From positions 21,824,001 to 21,888,000 of the forward strand of contig CM106585.1 of the NCBI GenBank assembly GCA_048013815.1: DNA of 64,000 nt, read 5' to 3'. The notes beneath the pieces are model-generated. The model was not told where the DNA came from. It did no database searches and saw only the letters and a list, made by a program, of their open reading frames with translations. A program made the position numbers and the translations under genes. The stretch is from Setoptus koraiensis (Eukaryota; Animalia; Arthropoda). Positions 59,534 through 64,000 of the stretch are shown one piece after another (within the stretch, counting starts at the first letter, position 1; every line of letters starts with the position of its first letter).

Positions 59534-61834
59534 CTAACGCCTATTATTAGTATTTAATAAAGGATCATTTTCGGTTTGAGATCTTTGCATCCCGAAAGTC
59601 ACAGACCGACCGAGATTGATCTCTGATGTTGTTGATGGTATTCTAGCGTGCTCATGAAGAAATAAAGTACTCAGGCCAACTGCTGTAGATGAGTCTATGT
59701 CTAGTCCTGCATGAGGCGTTAAACTGCTTTCAGGAAATGGGCCTCCCAATCGGGTAGAGTCTTGATTGCTGGCTGACTGTTTCATTATTGCTTGTTCTGT
59801 AGCTTGGCTAGTGATTTGATCTATAAAATTCCTTTGCCTATCATCGTATGGTTTCCAGGAAGGGTTCTTTAGCTTGAAATTAATCAATGATTTCTCCAAC
59901 TTTCCAAACTCTGTCTGAGACCCATGAGCTGCGTTCATGGGAGGATGCATCTCGTGAATGATACGCTGACTGTTATTTGCATCACCAGAGACTATTGCGT
60001 GGGATGTCGCTGGAAAGTTCTCAGGAGGCGGAGTATCTGCTAACTCTGGATTGTCTTCGTTGTTAAGGTCTCTAACACGACAAAAGGCCTGCAACTGATA
60101 TTCAGACCTTTCTTGATGATGATCTATGATATGACTACGCCCAGACTGATTGGAAGACCTAGAATGAGTAGAAATAACATTCTCTTCATCAAGATTTTTG
60201 TTTATGGCGCTGGTCACTGAGGTGAGTACATTTACATTGGGCTGCCAGGCAGGATTTCCATTTTCTTTTAGGTTCATCATTGAGAAAACACACACGTCAC
60301 CTGTTCCGGCCACTTCCACGGTGAAGTTTCTGAAAAAATCAACTATCTCCAATGACTTTGGTCTCAAGTGTTTGATTAGAATATATGGAGTCATTATAGT
60401 GCCGGCTAAATCTTCCATCAGTCTCACTAGCTTATACTGGAATAAATTTGACATTGATGCGCGGGCTTGTGGAGTGAAAGGTGGGTGGTTGTGAGGAACA
60501 TAATGAATATGCTTCAGTATTTGATCATGTAATTCGGCTTTGGTAAACTTTGGCGGTATCACTGGAGGTATAAATCCATGAGCGACGGCTATCATTACCG
60601 TCAAAGCAGTTATAACTGTCAAAGCATGATCCAGTGTCAAGACGTCTTCATCATAAACAGTTAGGGCAATAAAAATAGCCACCGGAGCACCAGATAGAAA
60701 TATCACAAATCTGGCAATGATCTCCAAGAAAGGAGAAGTGAACGCGTTCATATAGCTGTGTGCTGATTTGTACCCATGATTCAGTCTGTCGTTGAGTTCG
60801 TGATCGAGCTCATTAAAATGACGACAAAACCACCTTGCGTAAAGCGACCAATTCCTTGCACCAAATAGTATGGCTGGATCCCTTTTGACCAGAGCAGCAT
60901 TAGAGTAGAAGAAGTAAAGTATTTGCTGCACCAGTATAACCGGCGATAATATTAGATTTATTATTGCCAATCTCAAGCAATTCTTTGCTAGTATCTGAGC
61001 ACATATTTGCCGTTGAGATGGGGTTTTAATGTCGTCATTCAATTTCCAGTTTTCTTCAAATATGCACTTGAAAGGTCCCCTAAAGAATAGAAGTTGACAA
61101 TTGTATATCAAGCCTTGAGTAAAATATGTTATCTCGCCTATTAGTGGTAGCCTGAAGTAAACAGGTAGGACCCCTCTATTAATCATGGCTATCATGTAGT
61201 TTGCGTGTCTCAATATTCTGTTATGCACATCTAACTCATTGAATTGAACATCATCTTGAGCCATACAAAGATGTTTAGCCCCTATGAGTTTAGTCTGCAC
61301 ATCTTGCCAAGATAGAGATGAGCAATCTGTAATATGAAGCACCTGTTTACAGAATTGTTTGATAGTTAAGTTAACCATTATTGAGTGTATGGTCTTAACT
61401 AGTTTCCACAGCCAAAATATGATGGCCAATATTATTGCTATAATTTGTGTTGGTGGTATAGAGACTGATGAAAGTGGCCGAACAACGTCATAGATGTGTA
61501 CTTTGGCAGTTGGATTAGCAGCTGTAGAGCTGTCTGGGATAGCTTTGTTTTTGAATAGTATATCGTAATCGATGTAATTGAGTAAGAATACGGGCAACAC
61601 AACTGAGTAAATAATCAGTATTAGATCTAACAATTGTGAGCAAACCAGACAAGTGAACCCATGTTTCTGGTGATATTTGTACAGTCTTATAAAAAAGTCA
61701 TCGAGGTCCTGCATGTAATGTTGCCAGGGTTGTGGCCCGTCCTTACGATCTGTAGGTAAAACATGAATAAGTACGTGATTTTCGTCACCAATTTCGGCAA
61801 AGCTCCTGTAGGTCGAATGTGCATTAGTTGACAT
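59534..61834 (-). CDS. ATG9: Autophagy-related protein 9 lipid scramblase
   Basis: WQHYMQDLDDFF.RLYKYHQKHGF, ELDVHNRILR..NYMIAMIN, R.WSLYARW..RHFNEL.HEL..RL, FQYK...LMEDL...P.IL...LRP....IVDFFRNFTVEV.G.GDVC.F, GKLEKSL.NF...NPSWKP. Intronless. Confidence 0.95.
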   Translation of the reverse strand: MSTNAHSTYRSFAEIGDENHVLIHVLPTDRKDGPQPWQHYMQDLDDFFIRLYKYHQKHGFTCLVCSQLLDLILIIYSVVLPVFLLNYIDYDILFKNKAIPDSSTAANPTAKVHIYDVVRPLSSVSIPPTQIIAIILAIIFWLWKLVKTIHSIMVNLTIKQFCKQVLHITDCSSLSWQDVQTKLIGAKHLCMAQDDVQFNELDVHNRILRHANYMIAMINRGVLPVYFRLPLIGEITYFTQGLIYNCQLLFFRGPFKCIFEENWKLNDDIKTPSQRQICAQILAKNCLRLAIINLILSPVILVQQILYFFYSNAALVKRDPAILFGARNWSLYARWFCRHFNELDHELNDRLNHGYKSAHSYMNAFTSPFLEIIARFVIFLSGAPVAIFIALTVYDEDVLTLDHALTVITALTVMIAVAHGFIPPVIPPKFTKAELHDQILKHIHYVPHNHPPFTPQARASMSNLFQYKLVRLMEDLAGTIMTPYILIKHLRPKSLEIVDFFRNFTVEVAGTGDVCVFSMMNLKENGNPAWQPNVNVLTSVTSAINKNLDEENVISTHSRSSNQSGRSHIIDHHQERSEYQLQAFCRVRDLNNEDNPELADTPPPENFPATSHAIVSGDANNSQRIIHEMHPPMNAAHGSQTEFGKLEKSLINFKLKNPSWKPYDDRQRNFIDQITSQATEQAIMKQSASNQDSTRLGGPFPESSLTPHAGLDIDSSTAVGLSTLFLHEHARIPSTTSEINLGRSVTFGMQRSQTENDPLLNTNNRR

Positions 61835-63780
61835 GATTGAAGTTGTTGTCGTCAGTTAGAGCTAATACGTTTATGCTAATTATTTATATGCTAGATAATA
61901 AATAATAATGATTGTTGTTGTAATATATGTTGTTGTTTGTGTATTCAATTGTGCATAGATTCAATGTATTGCTAAATTTCTTGTTTGCGTATTTTCCATG
62001 TGATATTTTTCTGGCAAGTTATACTAGTACTATCAGGTTTGCTAACTGCGTCTCATCCGTATTGTCCGAGGGGTCATGGTGTTTTTTGTCGTTTATGGGA
62101 GCCCCTTCTCTCTTCAGTTGAGCAACATTGAAAACAATAATAAAATGACTAAAATACATAAACAAACAAAACTGTATCCCAGTTTCTATATAATATGTAA
62201 GCGGCCAGTGGAAACAGTAACAGTGTTTGTAACTGTGGTTTTCAAGGGATAATGTTGTAATGTCATAATAATTGTTGCAACATGTCCACAGTAGACTTTC
62301 TGCATCTATACATTTATTGATTTTTGTTTGTTGTTTGTCTGTTTCTCGACTGCGATGTCTTAATTTGAATGTCGAAAACACACAGTACGTATCGCACTAC
62401 GCAAAGTGCGTGATACTCCCAAAAAACATTCCAATGATAACTGACACACGCTGTACAGAGTGCGTTTTTGTCAATGGCTTTGCTGCTACCTTTTTTCTGA
62501 ACCGCCAGGGCGGCGCTCGCATGATTTCATGCACGCTTAATTCGAGCCCAAATAAATAAACATTTATCGAGACACCCTGCCGTCGGCTGTGCGGCCCTTC
62601 GTGCTCTCTGCGCCTCTGGCGGAGAAACAAAAAGCAGCTGAAAAGCCATTGGCAAAAGTGCACACAGTTCTCTAACAACAAACAGCCAGTAGGTGAGTTT
62701 ATGTAGTTGTTGTTGTTTTTGTGAAAATCATTGCACGATACTGTAACAAGAACATTTGCTTGCAAGGTAACCTGACCGACTGTTTTAGGCAATTCTCTCT
62801 AGACTCTAGAGTCTAGACTCACCTGTGAGGGTACAACTTGTATGTAAGCTTATTATATGGTGAAGTTTTAAAAACAAGTGCGACAATTCACTCAAAATTC
62901 CACTCTTGTTTTCATGATATTCACCAGCGTAGTGAGACGATATTCCTAAATTAAAGAACGCTTGTCGCCTGTTTATTCTCATGACGAGCGCGCTAATTTG
63001 TACAACAAGAAAAAGACAAAATTGCAAAAAATGTTCGCCTGCCCCTTAACCAGCATACGGTGTGGTGAGCATTAATTTTGCAAAGTTGAGTAGACAAAAT
63101 CTCGAAGATGTAAGGAAACCAATTCGAAAAATTGTCGTCTAATATAGTCAGTTCTTGTCAGTCTTTGCTGTCTTCGTGTCATAGATCATCACCAAGAGAA
63201 TTGCCCGCCTACTGTCTTTTCCAGAGGCCTCAACACTGTCGATGCTCAGGAGTTCATACTTCCGTTCGCATAGTTTCCGGTGATCCAAACAAAAGCCAGC
63301 TTGCAACAAGAATATTTCGAGTGTCTGCTCAACACCATCACATGAGGGTGATTGCACGGAGGAAATCATCGATCAAGTCATGCAGTGTTTTCGATTTGCC
63401 CTCGACTGTCATCGGCAGCATCAGATGCGGACATCTAAAATCCAAGAAGCTCGGTGCTCATGAGCTCGATAGTAAAATATACAACCACTGCCATATGAAA
63501 CATAGATGCTAGCACCACATAGTTACCTACATGATGATATTTTCACTAACTCGATCCAAAAACTCAAAGGTTTGACTAGGGCTCGCAGTCTAAATATATT
63601 ACGACTCAAGATGGCATTCGAGTTTAAAAACGAAGAAACAAGGTATAGATGAAGTTTATTTGATTATCACAGACAATAGTAACTTAGAGAATTCGTTGAG
63701 TTGTCTCGACTAACTCATTTCCGCTTGATCGCATATACATTTTTGTTTCTTAGAGCTTAGGTATCATTTCTAATCCATTT

Positions 63781-64000
63781 TCACTTTAAATTAGGGGACA
63801 TCGAAGCCAAATGTCGAGGGGATAACCCAATGTCATCTAGATTCGAATATTCGTGGATGAGATCTGGTGTTTTACTATTTAATTTCAGCGATCCACTCGC
63901 GCTTCTTTCATGCTTTATTATGTCAAAATTAAATTCACCCATTGAGGTCTCCAATTGTTCTAATTGATGCGCTGCGCTAAGTGCCTCTAATCGGCTATCA
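63781..64000 (-). CDS. 3' end of an unidentified protein entering from the right edge
   Basis: Minus frame is open from the window end: DSRLEALSAAHQLEQLETSMGEFNFDIIKHERSASGSLKLNSKTPDLIHEYSNLDDIGLSPRHLASMSPNLK* (TGA 63783-63781). Protein-like, no family recognised. Confidence 0.45.
   Translation of the reverse strand, partial: DSRLEALSAAHQLEQLETSMGEFNFDIIKHERSASGSLKLNSKTPDLIHEYSNLDDIGLSPRHLASMSPNLK

Noticed and set aside
63120-63660. Protein-like but stop-riddled + strand frames
   Set aside because: Could be a decayed gene or TE, but I recognised no family motif.

Overview
Eukaryotic (animal, very likely arthropod) genomic DNA with tightly packed, nearly intronless genes. The style suggests a miniaturised acariform mite such as an eriophyoid; this is inference and the taxon cannot be proven here. 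In order: 3' end of a PAN/apple-repeat membrane protein, DOCK3/4 (sponge), NDUFA12, an HSD17B10-like SDR, tRNA-Arg(TCT), SUPT7L, TMED7, mitochondrial RF1, RpL12, Brachyury, SMARCC/moira, an orphan 129-aa ORF, Rab8 tail-to-tail with a TIA1-like gene, a small-HSP pseudogene, a large spliced low-complexity + 3CxxC zinc-finger gene, an ~11 kb GC-rich non-coding block full of micro-tandem duplications, APP-like, CSN4, MRPL55, iPGM, GAR1, MRPL20, ATG9, and an unidentified 3' CDS end. I reconstructed eight introns by hand, all starting GTAAG. Features hidden from the ORF track: a ~1266-aa ZAR1/RTP-type protein joined across a split stop codon, three related TA-flanked MITE-like elements sharing a motif at fixed spacing, and the sHSP pseudogene. 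A recurring theme is conserved proteins that lack N-terminal domains or carry altered catalytic/recognition motifs. All family assignments come from remembered motifs, not database searches.
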